Part shown: positions 17,597-28,022 of the stretch, piece after piece
How positions within the stretch are numbered: the stretch's first letter is position 1
Layout: the number at the start of each line of letters is the position of its first letter
Assembly (NCBI GenBank): GCA_041572755.1
Contig: JBFFRY010000006.1
Coordinates: 11,923-75,922 of the forward strand
Direction: 5' to 3'
Length of the DNA: 64,000 bases
DNA from: Acidimicrobiia bacterium
Lineage (GTDB): Bacteria > Actinomycetota > Acidimicrobiia > Spongiisociales > UBA11373
Position numbers and translations under genes: made by a program
The notes under the pieces: model-generated
Told to the model about the DNA's origin: nothing
What the model saw: only the letters and a program-made list of their open reading frames with translations
Database searches by the model: none

Positions 17597-19046
17597 CCGG
17601 GTCACCCTCGCCGAGGTCGCCGCCAGGACCGGGGGAGACATCGTCGGCGACCCGACGACGCCGGTGATCGGCGTCAGCCACGACTCGCGAACCGTGGCTC
17701 CGGGGTGGCTGTTCGTGGCAGTACGCGGTGGCCGGGCCGACGGGCATCGCTTCATCGACCGAGCCGTCGCAGCGGGGGCGACCGCGGTCTGCGTCGAGGA
17801 GGCGCCGCCCGGTCTGTCCGTGCCGGCAGTGGTGGTTCCCGACACTCGCCGGGCGATGGGCCCGGCGGCTGCGACGGTGTACCGCGATCCGGCGGCGCAA
17901 TTGACGCTCATCGGGATCACCGGAACCAACGGCAAGACGACCGTGGCCCATCTGCTCGAGTCGATCGCCGCCGCCGCCGGCCTCGCTTCGGGCCTGCTGG
18001 GAACGGTGGCGGCCAGGATCGACGGCAAGGAGGCGGCCATCGAACGAACGACACCGGAAGCGACCGACTTCCAGCGCCTGCTGCGCGCCATGGTGAACGC
18101 CGGAGTCGAGTTGGCCGCTGTGGAGGTGTCCTCCCACGCCCTGTCACTGTCGAGAGTCGACGCCACCCGGTTCTCGGTGGCGGCGTTCACCAACCTGACC
18201 CAGGATCATCTCGACTTCCACGGCACGATGGAGGAGTACTACCGCGCCAAGGCTTCCCTGTTCGTCGAAGAGCGAGCCGACCGAGCCGTCATCTGGACCG
18301 AGGATCCGGCCGGGCGGCGGTTGGCCGGGGAGACGGCGCTGCCGGTGACGACGGTCGGATCCGGACCGGGCCACGACGTCTGGGCGGAGAACCTCCGGCT
18401 GGATCTGAGGGGCTCCGCCTTCACGCTGATCGCCGATGACTCCCGGTTCCCGGTCCGAGTGCCTCTGGCGGGGTCGTTCAATGTGGCCAATGCCCTCATT
18501 GCAGCGGCGTGCGCCACGGTCGCCGGGATCTCCTGGGAGGCGATCACCGCCGGGCTGGAGTCGGTGCACCAGGTCCCCGGACGCTTCGAGTTCGTCGATG
18601 TGGGCGGTGACAAGGACGTCGTGGTGGACTACGCCCACACGCCGGACGGTGTCGGTGCGGTGATCCGGGCCGCACGAGACCTCGTCGGGCGGGGGAGGAT
18701 CATCGTCGTGGTGGGCGCCGGGGGCGATCGCGACAAGGTCAAGAGACCGTTGATGGGGCAGGCCGCCGCCGAGGCCGACGTGGCGATCATCACCTCCGAC
18801 AATCCCCGCTCGGAGGAACCGGAGGCGATCATCGCCGACGTGTTGACCGGGGTCGGGGGAGGGGCGGCCCGCATCGTCACCGAGTCCGACCGGCGCACGG
18901 CGATCGGCGTTGCCATCGCCGAGGCCACATCGGGAGATCTCGTTCTCATCCTCGGGAAGGGTCACGAACAGGGCCAGGAGTTCGCCGACGAGGTGATTCC
19001 GTTCGACGATCGGCGGGTGGCGAGAGAAGAGGCCTTCGACAGATGA
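17589..19046 (+). CDS. murE: UDP-N-acetylmuramoyl-L-alanyl-D-glutamate--2,6-diaminopimelate ligase
   Basis: Mur ligase with GITGTNGKTT P-loop; position in dcw cluster; ATGGATGA overlap with ftsI. Confidence 0.9.
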   Translation: MDDRVTLAEVAARTGGDIVGDPTTPVIGVSHDSRTVAPGWLFVAVRGGRADGHRFIDRAVAAGATAVCVEEAPPGLSVPAVVVPDTRRAMGPAAATVYRDPAAQLTLIGITGTNGKTTVAHLLESIAAAAGLASGLLGTVAARIDGKEAAIERTTPEATDFQRLLRAMVNAGVELAAVEVSSHALSLSRVDATRFSVAAFTNLTQDHLDFHGTMEEYYRAKASLFVEERADRAVIWTEDPAGRRLAGETALPVTTVGSGPGHDVWAENLRLDLRGSAFTLIADDSRFPVRVPLAGSFNVANALIAAACATVAGISWEAITAGLESVHQVPGRFEFVDVGGDKDVVVDYAHTPDGVGAVIRAARDLVGRGRIIVVVGAGGDRDKVKRPLMGQAAAEADVAIITSDNPRSEEPEAIIADVLTGVGGGAARIVTESDRRTAIGVAIAEATSGDLVLILGKGHEQGQEFADEVIPFDDRRVAREEAFDR

Positions 19047-20362
19047 GGTGGGACCTGACGCGCGTGGCCGCCGCTTCCGGGGGGCGTTCGACGGGCGAGG
19101 GCTTGGTTACCGACGTCGTGATCGACTCGCGCCAGGCGGGACCCGGGTCGCTGTTCGTTGCCCTCCGCGGCGAGCACACCGACGGCCACGAGTTCGCCGC
19201 AGCCGCGGCGGCCGCCGGCGCCGTGGTGCTCGTGGAGCGGGGGAGGCTTCCTCCCCGGGTTTCGGGGGTCGAGGTCGACGACACGCTGGCCGCGCTCCGC
19301 GCTCTGGCGGCGGTACGGCGCGACGAGATCGAGGTGCCGGTGATTGCGATCACCGGCAGCAACGGGAAGACGACGACCAAGGACCTGATCGCCGGAGCTC
19401 TGGGGGAGCGAGCCCACGCGGCGCCGAAATCGTTCAACAACGAGATCGGCGTGCCGCTCACGGTCCTCGGCATGCCGGACGGCGCCACGTCGCTGATCCT
19501 CGAGGTCGGCAGCAGGGGTCGGGGACACATCACGCTCCTGGCACCCAGCGCCTCCCCGGATGTCGCCGTGATCACCAACATCGCCCGAGCCCACCTCGAG
19601 ATGTTCGGCGATCTCCAGGGGGTGATGGATGCCAAGTGGGAGCTCGTGGAGGCCCTCGGCAGCGACGGGATCGCCGTGTTGCCCGCGGCCGAGCCTCTTC
19701 TCCTGGCGCGTCGAGCCGGCCGGATGGTCACCTTCGGCGAGGAAGCCGGGGCCCACGTCGCGGTGAGCGACGTCGTGATGGGTGATACCGGCTACGCCTC
19801 CTTCACCCTGGCGCATGAGGGTCGAGCTCGGCGGATCACGATGTCGATGGCCGGCCGCCACCAACCGCACAACGCCGCTGCTGCCATCGCCGCTGCGGTT
19901 TCGATCGGCACTCCGTTCGAGATCGCAGTCGAGCGGGTCGCCGGGGTCACCGGCTCCGAGTGGCGCATGGAGATCCACCGTGGAGCGATCACGATCGTCA
20001 ACGACGCCTACAACGCCAATCCCGATTCGACGGTTGCGGCCCTGGAGACGGTGGCGGAGATGCCGGGCCGCCACATCGCCGTGCTCGGCAAGATGCACGA
20101 GCTGGGGAGGTGGGAAGCGGCCGGGCACCGCGAGGTCGGCCGTACCGCCACGGATCTCGGGTTCGCGGCGGTGGTGGTCGTCGGCACCGACCCCGGGATC
20201 GCCGAGGGAGCCGGCCCGCTGGCCCACTCGGCCGGGAATGTCGCCGAGGCGATGGAGGTGCTCGATACCCTGCTGCGCGAAGGCGACGTCGTCCTGGTGA
20301 AGGCCTCTCGGGCGGTCGGGCTCGAAGTGGTGGCGGAACGGTTGATCGGAGGTGAGGCGTGA
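19043..20362 (+). CDS. murF: UDP-N-acetylmuramoyl-tripeptide--D-alanyl-D-alanine ligase
   Basis: AITGSNGKTT P-loop; Mur ligase middle and C-terminal domains; ATGA overlap with murE. Confidence 0.9.
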   Translation: MRWDLTRVAAASGGRSTGEGLVTDVVIDSRQAGPGSLFVALRGEHTDGHEFAAAAAAAGAVVLVERGRLPPRVSGVEVDDTLAALRALAAVRRDEIEVPVIAITGSNGKTTTKDLIAGALGERAHAAPKSFNNEIGVPLTVLGMPDGATSLILEVGSRGRGHITLLAPSASPDVAVITNIARAHLEMFGDLQGVMDAKWELVEALGSDGIAVLPAAEPLLLARRAGRMVTFGEEAGAHVAVSDVVMGDTGYASFTLAHEGRARRITMSMAGRHQPHNAAAAIAAAVSIGTPFEIAVERVAGVTGSEWRMEIHRGAITIVNDAYNANPDSTVAALETVAEMPGRHIAVLGKMHELGRWEAAGHREVGRTATDLGFAAVVVVGTDPGIAEGAGPLAHSAGNVAEAMEVLDTLLREGDVVLVKASRAVGLEVVAERLIGGEA

Positions 20363-21408
20363 TAGCCATGCTGACCTCGGCTGCGGTCGCCTTCGCGCTG
20401 ACCATGGTGCTCACTCCGATCGCCGTGCGATTCTTCCGGGCTCGCGCCATCGGCCAGACGATTCAGGAAGAGGTGGAGGCGCACGCCCACAAGCACGGGA
20501 CCCCGACCATGGGCGGACTGGTGATCATCGTCGCCGTGCTCATGGCCTATTTCGCCGCCCATCTCAAGATCTGGTCGCCCGACGACGGGTGGGGGCTTTC
20601 GTGGCGGGAGTTCCAGCGTCCCGGTCTCCTGGTCCTGATCGCCTTCGTCGGGATGGGCGGGATCGGATTCCTCGATGACCTCTCCAAGGTGTCGAACGAA
20701 CGGAATCTGGGGCTCAAGAAGCGGTGGAAGTTCCTGGGCCAGCTCACCATTGCCGGAGTGTTCGCCTTCGGTGCAGTCCGCTACGGGGTCAGCACCGAAC
20801 TGGCCTTCACCCGGGGTCTCGGCTTCGACATCGAATGGGCCTACGCCCTGCTGGTGCTCCTGATGCTCACCGGCGCATCGAATGCGGTGAACTTCACGGA
20901 CGGTCTGGACGGGCTGGCCTCCGGATCGGCCGGGCTCGTGTTCGCTGCGTACGTCGTGATCTCGTTCTGGCAGTTCCGACACGCCGAGTTCTACGAGATC
21001 ATCGGCACCCTGGAGCTCGCGGTGCTGTCGGCCGGTTTGATGGCGGCGGCCCTCGGATTCCTGTGGTGGAACACCGCGCCGGCCCGAATCATGATGGGCG
21101 ACACCGGTTCGAACGCGCTCGGGGGGGCCATGGCGGCCCTGGCGTTGCTCACCAACACCCACCTCCTTCTGGTGCTGCTCGGGGGGATCTTCGTGATCGA
21201 GACGGTGTCGGTGATCATCCAGATCGTCGGCTATCACGGATGGAAGACCCGGGTCTTCAAGATGGCGCCGATCCACCACCACTTCGAGCTGCAGGGGTGG
21301 GCGGAGTCCACCATCATCGTCCGGTTCTGGATCATCGCTGCGCTCTCGGTGGCCCTCGGACTCGGGATCTTCTACGGGGACTTCATCACCAGTGGAGGGA
21401 TCGGATGA
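20359..21408 (+). CDS. mraY: Phospho-N-acetylmuramoyl-pentapeptide-transferase
   Basis: Ten-TM MraY with NAVNFTDGLDGLA and MGDTGS motifs; GTGA overlap with murF (alternative start ATG 20368). Confidence 0.9.
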   Translation: MIAMLTSAAVAFALTMVLTPIAVRFFRARAIGQTIQEEVEAHAHKHGTPTMGGLVIIVAVLMAYFAAHLKIWSPDDGWGLSWREFQRPGLLVLIAFVGMGGIGFLDDLSKVSNERNLGLKKRWKFLGQLTIAGVFAFGAVRYGVSTELAFTRGLGFDIEWAYALLVLLMLTGASNAVNFTDGLDGLASGSAGLVFAAYVVISFWQFRHAEFYEIIGTLELAVLSAGLMAAALGFLWWNTAPARIMMGDTGSNALGGAMAALALLTNTHLLLVLLGGIFVIETVSVIIQIVGYHGWKTRVFKMAPIHHHFELQGWAESTIIVRFWIIAALSVALGLGIFYGDFITSGGIG

Positions 21409-22682
21409 GGGTTCTGGTCGTCGGATCGGCGGTGAGCGGCCGGGCCGCACTGCGCCTGCTGCAGAGCCGGGGCCACGAGGTCGTGGTCTACGACCGCGAC
21501 CCCGACGGGGGGGCCGACCTCGCCGCGGAGACACATCGGGGCGAGTGGAATCCGGCCCTGCTGGGCACCGTCGAGCTGATCGTCCCCAGCCCGGGAGTGC
21601 CCGAGCACGGTCCCCCCATCGCCGATGCGCTGCGGGCGGGAATCCCGGTGTGGAGTGAGCTGGAGTTGGCGGCCCGGCATCTCGATGTTCCCCTGGTGGC
21701 GGTCACCGGCACCAACGGCAAGACGACGGTCACCCGGGTGGCGGCCGACATGCTGGCGGCCTCCGGCAAGCGCGTCGCCGCCGTCGGCAACATCGGAGAC
21801 CCGCTCTGCGACGCAGTGGGGGAAGAGTGGGACGTGCTGGTCGTCGAGGCGTCTTCCTTTCAGCTGCGCTTCATCGACACCTTCCACGCCCGCGTGGCCG
21901 TGTTGCTCAACGTGGCCCCCGATCACCTCGATTGGCATGGGGGCTTCGACGCCTACCTCGATGCCAAGGCCCGGATTCACGAGAACCAGGATCCCGGCGA
22001 TGTGATCGTCTTCGACGCCGACGACGCCGGAGCGACGCGGGCCGTGGCCGGTGCCGCCTCGCGACCGGTTCCGGTGAGCGGCAACCGGCGGCCGCTCGGA
22101 GGTTCCGGGCCAGAATCCGGGAAGCTGTGGATGGGATCCGCCTCGGTCGACGTCGAGGCACTGGGGGTGGCGGATCCCGCCTACCTCGTCGATCTGGCGG
22201 CCGCCGGGGTTGCGGCGCTCGAAATGGGGGCCGAGCCCGAAGCGGTGGTGCGGACCGCCGAGGCCTTTCGCCCGGGGAAGCATCGCCGCGACCCGGTCGG
22301 GGAGTGGTCGGGCGTGACGTGGGTGAACGATTCCAAGGCGACGAACCCCCATGCGGCGGTCGCTTCGATCCGGGCCTACCCGTCGGTGGTGTTGATCGCC
22401 GGAGGCCGGAACAAGGCGCTCGACGTTGCCGCCATTGCCCGCGAGCCCTCGGTGCGCTACGTGATCGGTCTCGGCGAGGAGGGCCCGGCGGTGGTGGCGG
22501 CGGCGGTCGAAGGCGAACTGGCCGGCGACATGGCCGAAGCGGTGGCCGTGGCCGATCGGGTCGCTCGGCAGGGCGACACCGTGCTCCTCGCCCCAGGATG
22601 CGCCTCCTTCGACATGTACGGCTCCTACGGCGAGCGCGGGGATCACTTCGCCGAACTCGTCCGCGGATTGAAGGAGGCGTGA
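21405..22682 (+). CDS. murD: UDP-N-acetylmuramoylalanine--D-glutamate ligase
   Basis: N-terminal Rossmann segment MRVLVVGSAVSG; VTGTNGKTT P-loop; ATGA overlap with mraY. Confidence 0.9.
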   Translation: MRVLVVGSAVSGRAALRLLQSRGHEVVVYDRDPDGGADLAAETHRGEWNPALLGTVELIVPSPGVPEHGPPIADALRAGIPVWSELELAARHLDVPLVAVTGTNGKTTVTRVAADMLAASGKRVAAVGNIGDPLCDAVGEEWDVLVVEASSFQLRFIDTFHARVAVLLNVAPDHLDWHGGFDAYLDAKARIHENQDPGDVIVFDADDAGATRAVAGAASRPVPVSGNRRPLGGSGPESGKLWMGSASVDVEALGVADPAYLVDLAAAGVAALEMGAEPEAVVRTAEAFRPGKHRRDPVGEWSGVTWVNDSKATNPHAAVASIRAYPSVVLIAGGRNKALDVAAIAREPSVRYVIGLGEEGPAVVAAAVEGELAGDMAEAVAVADRVARQGDTVLLAPGCASFDMYGSYGERGDHFAELVRGLKEA

Positions 22683-23848
22683 TGGCGACGCGGACGGCCA
22701 CCTTGGGGAGGACCCGGGCACAGATCCGCCGCTTGGAGCGGGCGGCGCGTCGCTCCTCCCGCGCTGTGATCTTCGTTCTCTTCCCGGTCGGGTTGCTGCT
22801 GGTGGTCGGGTTCGGAGCGATCCTCTCGGCGTCATCGGTGCCGGCACTGCGCGACAACGGTGACAGCCTCTATTACTTCAAGCAGCAGCTGGCCTGGGCG
22901 GCCGCCGGTGTGGTGGCGCTCGTCGGCGCTGCGGCGGCGCCGCTCAAGTGGTGGCGGCGGCTCTCGTTCCCGATCTTCTCCTTGGCGGTGCTGCTGCTGG
23001 TGGCCACGCTGGTGATGGGAACCCGGGCCTACGGGGCGACCCGGTGGCTCCTCCTGGGGCCGATCTCGATCCAGGCCTCCGAGTTCGCCAAGCTGGCCAC
23101 CATCCTGCTGCTGGCCACCCTGGTGAGCCGCAAGGAAGAGTCGATGCACCGGATCCGCGACTTCGTGTGGCCGGTGGCGGCGACCGTGGGAGTGGTCGCA
23201 TCGCTGGTGATCGCCCAACCGGACCTGGGTACGGCAGTGCTGATCACGACCGCCGCCTTCGCGGTGCTGGCCGCCTCGGCGGCTCCGTTCCGGTATGTGA
23301 TCGGGGGTGGGCTCCTCGGGGTGGGAGCGGCCACGGTGGCGGCCGTCGTTTCGCCGTATCGGTGGGCGCGGGTGACGGCCTTCCTCGACGTGAGCTCGGA
23401 CCCGCTCGGCGGCAGCTATCAGGCGGTGCAGAGCCTCGTCGCATTGGGGACCGGGGGGCTGTTCGGAGTGGGGCTCGGGGCGAGCAGGGCGCGGTGGTCG
23501 TTCCTTCCCAACGCTCACACCGATTTCATCTTCTCCATAGTGGGGGAAGAGACCGGTCTCGTCGGCTCGCTGGCCGTGGTGGCGCTCTTCGTGGCTCTCA
23601 CGGTCGCCGGGACGGTCGTCGCCTACCACGCCGTGGACCGCTTCGGGCGGCTGATGGCAATCGGGATCACCACCTGGCTGGTTGCTCAGGCACTGGTGAA
23701 CATCGGTGGGGTGACCGGGGTGCTGCCGATCACCGGCGTGCCGCTTCCCTTCGTCTCCTACGGGGGGAGCGCGCTGGTGACCGAGATGGCCGCCATCGGG
23801 ATCCTGATCAGCGTCGCTCGCGAGCCGCGAGAGGTCGTGGTTCGGTGA
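22682..23848 (+). CDS. ftsW: Peptidoglycan glycosyltransferase FtsW (SEDS family)
   Basis: Ten-TM SEDS protein (HTDFIFS, PFVSYGGS motifs); TGATG overlap with murD. Confidence 0.9.
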   Translation: MATRTATLGRTRAQIRRLERAARRSSRAVIFVLFPVGLLLVVGFGAILSASSVPALRDNGDSLYYFKQQLAWAAAGVVALVGAAAAPLKWWRRLSFPIFSLAVLLLVATLVMGTRAYGATRWLLLGPISIQASEFAKLATILLLATLVSRKEESMHRIRDFVWPVAATVGVVASLVIAQPDLGTAVLITTAAFAVLAASAAPFRYVIGGGLLGVGAATVAAVVSPYRWARVTAFLDVSSDPLGGSYQAVQSLVALGTGGLFGVGLGASRARWSFLPNAHTDFIFSIVGEETGLVGSLAVVALFVALTVAGTVVAYHAVDRFGRLMAIGITTWLVAQALVNIGGVTGVLPITGVPLPFVSYGGSALVTEMAAIGILISVAREPREVVVR

Positions 23849-24915
23849 CCATCGTGCTCGCGGCCGCCGGGACCGGCGGCCACGTCTACCCGGCGCTGGC
23901 CGTCGCCGAAGCCCTGCTGGAACGGGGCCTGCCGCGCGAGGAGGTGGTGTTCTTCGGCGGGGAGCGTCTCGCCGCCGAAGTGGTACCCGCGGCCGGGTTT
24001 CCTTTCAGCGCCTTCGATCTCCCTCGGCTCCGGAGGGCGTGGACGATCGAGAACCTGCGGATCCCCTGGGCACTGCGACGGACGACCCGGGCGATGGCCG
24101 CAACCCTCGAGCGACTCGAGGCCAGGGTCGTCCTCGGCATGAGCGGCTACGTGACCGTGCCCGCGGCGATGGCGGCGCATCGCCGCGACCTTCCCTTCCT
24201 CCTCCAAGAGCAGAACGCTTCCCCCGGTCTGGCGAGCCGCTTCGCCGCCCGCCGGGCGACGGCGACCTATCTGGGCCTCCCCGGCCCCTCGGAGCGTCTC
24301 TCCCGATCCACGATGGTGGGCAACCCGCTCCGCCCCTCTCTCGCAGCGTTCGACGGCGCTGCGCTCCGCGCCGAGGCCCTGGGTCGCTACGAACTCGAGG
24401 GTGACGGTCCGACGGTCGGGATCCTCGGTGGCAGCCTGGGCGCGCAGATACTCAATGAGGCGGCCCCGGCGATCGTCGCCGCCGTGACGAGTCGGGGCGG
24501 GGCCGTTGTGCACCTCACCGGGCCCGGTGGCGGCTTGACGCCGCTCGGCGACGGGGGCCCGGTACGGTGGCGACGCCTGGCATATGAGGACCGAATGGAG
24601 TTGTTCTATGCCGCAGCCGATCTCGTCGTGGCCCGCGCCGGAGCGATGACGGTGAGCGAGCTCGCCGCCACCTCCACGCCGGCGGTACTCGTCCCCCTCG
24701 AGGTGGTTGGACAGCAAGCCAATGCGACGGCCATGGCAAGAGCCGGGGGAGCCGTCGTGGTTTCACAGCGGGACCGCAGTGGGCTTCCCGAAGTGGTGCG
24801 GGATCTGATCGGCGACGAGGAGAGCCTCCCCGCCATGGCGGCGTCTGCTCACAGCCTGCACCGGGGCGATGCCGCCGGTGTGATCGCCGAGGCAGTTCTG
24901 GAGGCGATCCGATGA
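23845..24915 (+). CDS. murG: Undecaprenyldiphospho-muramoylpentapeptide beta-N-acetylglucosaminyltransferase
   Basis: GT28 family with N-terminal AAGTGGHVYPALAVAE glycine-rich motif; GTGA overlap with ftsW. Confidence 0.9.
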   Translation: MTIVLAAAGTGGHVYPALAVAEALLERGLPREEVVFFGGERLAAEVVPAAGFPFSAFDLPRLRRAWTIENLRIPWALRRTTRAMAATLERLEARVVLGMSGYVTVPAAMAAHRRDLPFLLQEQNASPGLASRFAARRATATYLGLPGPSERLSRSTMVGNPLRPSLAAFDGAALRAEALGRYELEGDGPTVGILGGSLGAQILNEAAPAIVAAVTSRGGAVVHLTGPGGGLTPLGDGGPVRWRRLAYEDRMELFYAAADLVVARAGAMTVSELAATSTPAVLVPLEVVGQQANATAMARAGGAVVVSQRDRSGLPEVVRDLIGDEESLPAMAASAHSLHRGDAAGVIAEAVLEAIR

Positions 24916-26279
24916 ACGGTCTCGATGGGTTCCCTCGGATCCACATCGTGGGTGTGGGGGGGGCCGGCATGAGCGGCCTCGCCAAGCTCCTGGTCCAGGC
25001 GGGCCACATCGTGAGCGGGTCCGATCTGAAGCCCAGCCGATCGATCACCGCCCTTCGCGCCCTCGGCGTGGAGACTTGGGTGGGTCACCAGCCGGAGCGG
25101 GCCGCTGATTGGGACCTCGTGGTGGCCTCCTCGGCGGTGCCGGGGAGGGACCCCGAGCTGGTGGCGGCCGCCGAAGCCGGTGCGGAGGTGTGGGAGCGGC
25201 CGGCACTGCTGGCCGCGATCACGGCAGCCACCCCGGCGCTGGGAGTCACCGGCACCCATGGCAAGACAACGACGACCGCGATGATGGTGGCCGCGCTGCG
25301 GGCGCTGGGGAGAGATCCTTCCTTCATGGTCGGTGGGGTGCTCGCCGATCTCAACACCAACGCCCACAGAGGTGAAGAGGGGCTCTTCGTACTCGAAGCG
25401 GACGAGGCCTTCGGCACGTTCGTCGACTTGCGACTCGCCGGCCTCATCGTGACGAGCATCGAGGCCGATCACCTCGACCACTACGGGGAAGTGGAACGGC
25501 TGGAGGAGACCTTTCGCGACGTCGCGCGGCGGGTTGAGGGTCCCCTGGTGGTGTCTCTCGACGATCCGGGTTCGGCGGCCTTGGCTCGGGACGTGGCCGA
25601 TGCGGTGACCTACGGGTCGGATCCTGAAGCCGATTGGGTGGTCGGCGACGTTCGTCATGCCGTCGGTGAAGTCGGTTTCGATCTCGCCCATGGAACCGAT
25701 CGGCTGCGGGTCTCGGTGGCCCGGCAGGGAGAGCACAACGCTCTGAATGCAGCCGCCGTGCTGGCCCTGGTCGGTGAGCTGGGCCTGGATGTGTCGGCCG
25801 CCTCCCGAGGCCTCGCCTCGTTCGCCGGTGTCAGGCGGCGCTTCGAGGTCAAGGCCCGGGTTGGGGGAGTCACCGTTATCGACGACTACGCCCACCACCC
25901 GACCGAGGTCGCCGCCACGATCGCCGCAGCGGCGCTCGGGGGTGCGGGACGGATCGTGGCCGTCTTCCAGCCGCATCGGTATTCGCGAACCAGGGAACTG
26001 GCCGCCGCCTTCGGTCCGGCGTTGGCGAGTGCCGACCGGGTGGTGATCACCGACGTGTACGCCGCCGGAGAGGCGCCGATACCCGGGGTCACTGGCCGGG
26101 TCGTCGCCGACGCCGCCACCGCCGCCGGCGCCGAGGTCGACTACGTGGCCCACCGGGCCGATGTGGCGCGATCGGTGGTGGCCGAGGCCCGCCCCGGTGA
26201 CGTCCTGCTGCTCATGGGAGCCGGAGACATCACCATGGTGGCCGACGAGGTGGCGGCCTTGCTCGGATCGGACGGATGA
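24912..26279 (+). CDS. murC: UDP-N-acetylmuramate--L-alanine ligase
   Basis: HIVGVGGAGMSGLA and GVTGTHGKTTTT motifs; ATGA overlap with murG. Confidence 0.9.
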   Translation: MNGLDGFPRIHIVGVGGAGMSGLAKLLVQAGHIVSGSDLKPSRSITALRALGVETWVGHQPERAADWDLVVASSAVPGRDPELVAAAEAGAEVWERPALLAAITAATPALGVTGTHGKTTTTAMMVAALRALGRDPSFMVGGVLADLNTNAHRGEEGLFVLEADEAFGTFVDLRLAGLIVTSIEADHLDHYGEVERLEETFRDVARRVEGPLVVSLDDPGSAALARDVADAVTYGSDPEADWVVGDVRHAVGEVGFDLAHGTDRLRVSVARQGEHNALNAAAVLALVGELGLDVSAASRGLASFAGVRRRFEVKARVGGVTVIDDYAHHPTEVAATIAAAALGGAGRIVAVFQPHRYSRTRELAAAFGPALASADRVVITDVYAAGEAPIPGVTGRVVADAATAAGAEVDYVAHRADVARSVVAEARPGDVLLLMGAGDITMVADEVAALLGSDG

Positions 26280-27166
26280 CCTCCTTCGCCGAGCTCGTCG
26301 ATGAGGGCCTGATACGGGAGCGCGTCGATCTGGCGCCCTTCACGACGTACAAGTTCGGGGGACCCGCTCGGTACCTGGCCGAGCCCGGGAATGAGCAAGA
26401 ACTCCGCGCCGTCGCCGAGGCGTGGGACGGGCCGGTCTTCGTGTTGGGCCGCGGCAGCAACGTCGTCATCTCGGAGCGAGGGTTCGACGGCCTCGTGCTG
26501 ATCCCCTCGATGCACCATCTGGACCTGCATCACGAGGGGCTGGTGACGGCCGGGGCCGGGGTTCCCCAGCCGGTGGTGGCCCGGAGGGCGGCCGCGGTCG
26601 GATTGGGTGGGTTGGAGTTCATGGTCGGCATTCCGGGTTCGATCGGCGGGGCCGTCGCCATGAACGCCGGGTGTCACGGCACCGAGACCGGGGACGTGCT
26701 GGTGACGGCCCGGATCTTCGATGTCGGCCGGGCGGAGGCCTCCGATCGCACCCCGGATGAATTGGAGATGCGGTATCGGCACAGCAACGTCGGGGCGGGC
26801 CAGGTGGTGGTCGAAGCCACCTTGCGCACCGTGCCGACGTCTCCCGACGAGGCGGAGAGGAAGATCAGGGAGATCACTCGCTGGCGGCGTGATCACCAGC
26901 CGGGCGGCACCTTCAACGCCGGGAGCGTCTTCAAGAACCCGGAGGGCGATGCCGCCGGGCGGATCATCGACGAAGCCGGCCTCAAGGGGTTCCGCATCGG
27001 GGGAGCCTGCGTGTCGGAGCGCCACGCCAACTTCTTCGTGGCCGATGAGGGAGCGACCCCGCGCCACGTCCACGCACTGGTCGACGAGGTGACTCGTCGG
27101 GTACACGATGCCACCGGGATCACTCTGGAGCCGGAGATCCGGTTCGTCGGGGACTTCGATTCATGA
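26276..27166 (+). CDS. murB: UDP-N-acetylenolpyruvoylglucosamine reductase
   Basis: FAD-binding domain (TTYKFGGPA, GRGSNV) and MurB C-terminal domain; sits between murC and ftsQ. Confidence 0.9.
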   Translation: MTSFAELVDEGLIRERVDLAPFTTYKFGGPARYLAEPGNEQELRAVAEAWDGPVFVLGRGSNVVISERGFDGLVLIPSMHHLDLHHEGLVTAGAGVPQPVVARRAAAVGLGGLEFMVGIPGSIGGAVAMNAGCHGTETGDVLVTARIFDVGRAEASDRTPDELEMRYRHSNVGAGQVVVEATLRTVPTSPDEAERKIREITRWRRDHQPGGTFNAGSVFKNPEGDAAGRIIDEAGLKGFRIGGACVSERHANFFVADEGATPRHVHALVDEVTRRVHDATGITLEPEIRFVGDFDS

Positions 27167-27936
27167 CGAGCGAGGGCGCGACGTCGCGCCGGTGGAGACC
27201 GTGGGTGGCAGTGGCCACCCTCCTCCTGCTGCTCATCGTGGGGGTCGTCCTCCACTCGCCCTGGTTGTCGGTGCGCAACATCGAGATCGTCGGCGCGGAG
27301 CGGGTCGATGCCGCCGGGCGCCTGCAGAGAGCGGGCATCGGGACCGGGGCGATCATGATCTGGCTCGACACCGGCGCCGTCGAGGAAGCGATCTCGGCCG
27401 ACCCGTGGGTGGTCGGGGTGGCGGTCGAGCGGGTGTTTCCGAACCGGCTGGTGGTCGAGGTCGACGAGCGGAGCCCCGTCGCCTGGGTCGAGGGGCTCGT
27501 CACCTGGATGCTGGTGGGGGACGACGGTATGGTCGTCGAGGTGGCCGCAGAGCCGGGCGAAGGCGTTCTCACGGTCGCTCTGCCGTTCTCCGATGTCGCG
27601 GTGGGGCTCCGCCCGGACGATCCGGTGTGGGACGAGATCGTTGCGCTGGGCAGGGTCCTGGAGCCGGAGCTCGCAAGCCGCAGCCGGCTGACCCGGCAGG
27701 TTTCCGAGGTTTGGCTCGAGGTGCCCGGTCACCGGGTGCGTCTCGGTCACCCCATTGACCTGGGGGAGAAGGGGCTGGTGCTCCAGAGCCTGCTGGCTGA
27801 GGGGATCGAGGCCGGGGCGGTCGTCGACCTTGTGGCGCCGCGGCGGCCGGCGGTGATGCCGCCACCTCCAGCACTGGTCGAGGGTGGGGGTGACCCGGGG
27901 GCGGCCCCCGGGGTTGAGGCTGTACCAGAGGTTTAA
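27163..27936 (+). CDS. ftsQ: Cell division protein FtsQ/DivIB
   Basis: Single TM followed by POTRA domain (VRNIEIVGAERV..); position immediately upstream of ftsZ. Confidence 0.8.
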   Translation: MTSEGATSRRWRPWVAVATLLLLLIVGVVLHSPWLSVRNIEIVGAERVDAAGRLQRAGIGTGAIMIWLDTGAVEEAISADPWVVGVAVERVFPNRLVVEVDERSPVAWVEGLVTWMLVGDDGMVVEVAAEPGEGVLTVALPFSDVAVGLRPDDPVWDEIVALGRVLEPELASRSRLTRQVSEVWLEVPGHRVRLGHPIDLGEKGLVLQSLLAEGIEAGAVVDLVAPRRPAVMPPPPALVEGGGDPGAAPGVEAVPEV

Positions 27937-27981
27937 GCTTCCGGGGGATGACTGGGGCCGCCTCCCGTTAGACTCTGGGTC

Positions 27982-28001
27982 CAGGCTCCCGCGAGCCTGG
28001 T
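27982..28001 (+). promoter_or_regulatory. Perfect 8-bp GC-rich hairpin (CCAGGCTC-CCGC-GAGCCTGG) in the ftsQ-ftsZ intergenic region
   Basis: Inverted repeat read directly from the sequence, 22 nt upstream of the ftsZ GTG; no downstream U-tract, so not a classical intrinsic terminator. Confidence 0.4.
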
Positions 28002-28022
28002 CAGCGATGCCTGGGGACCGCC

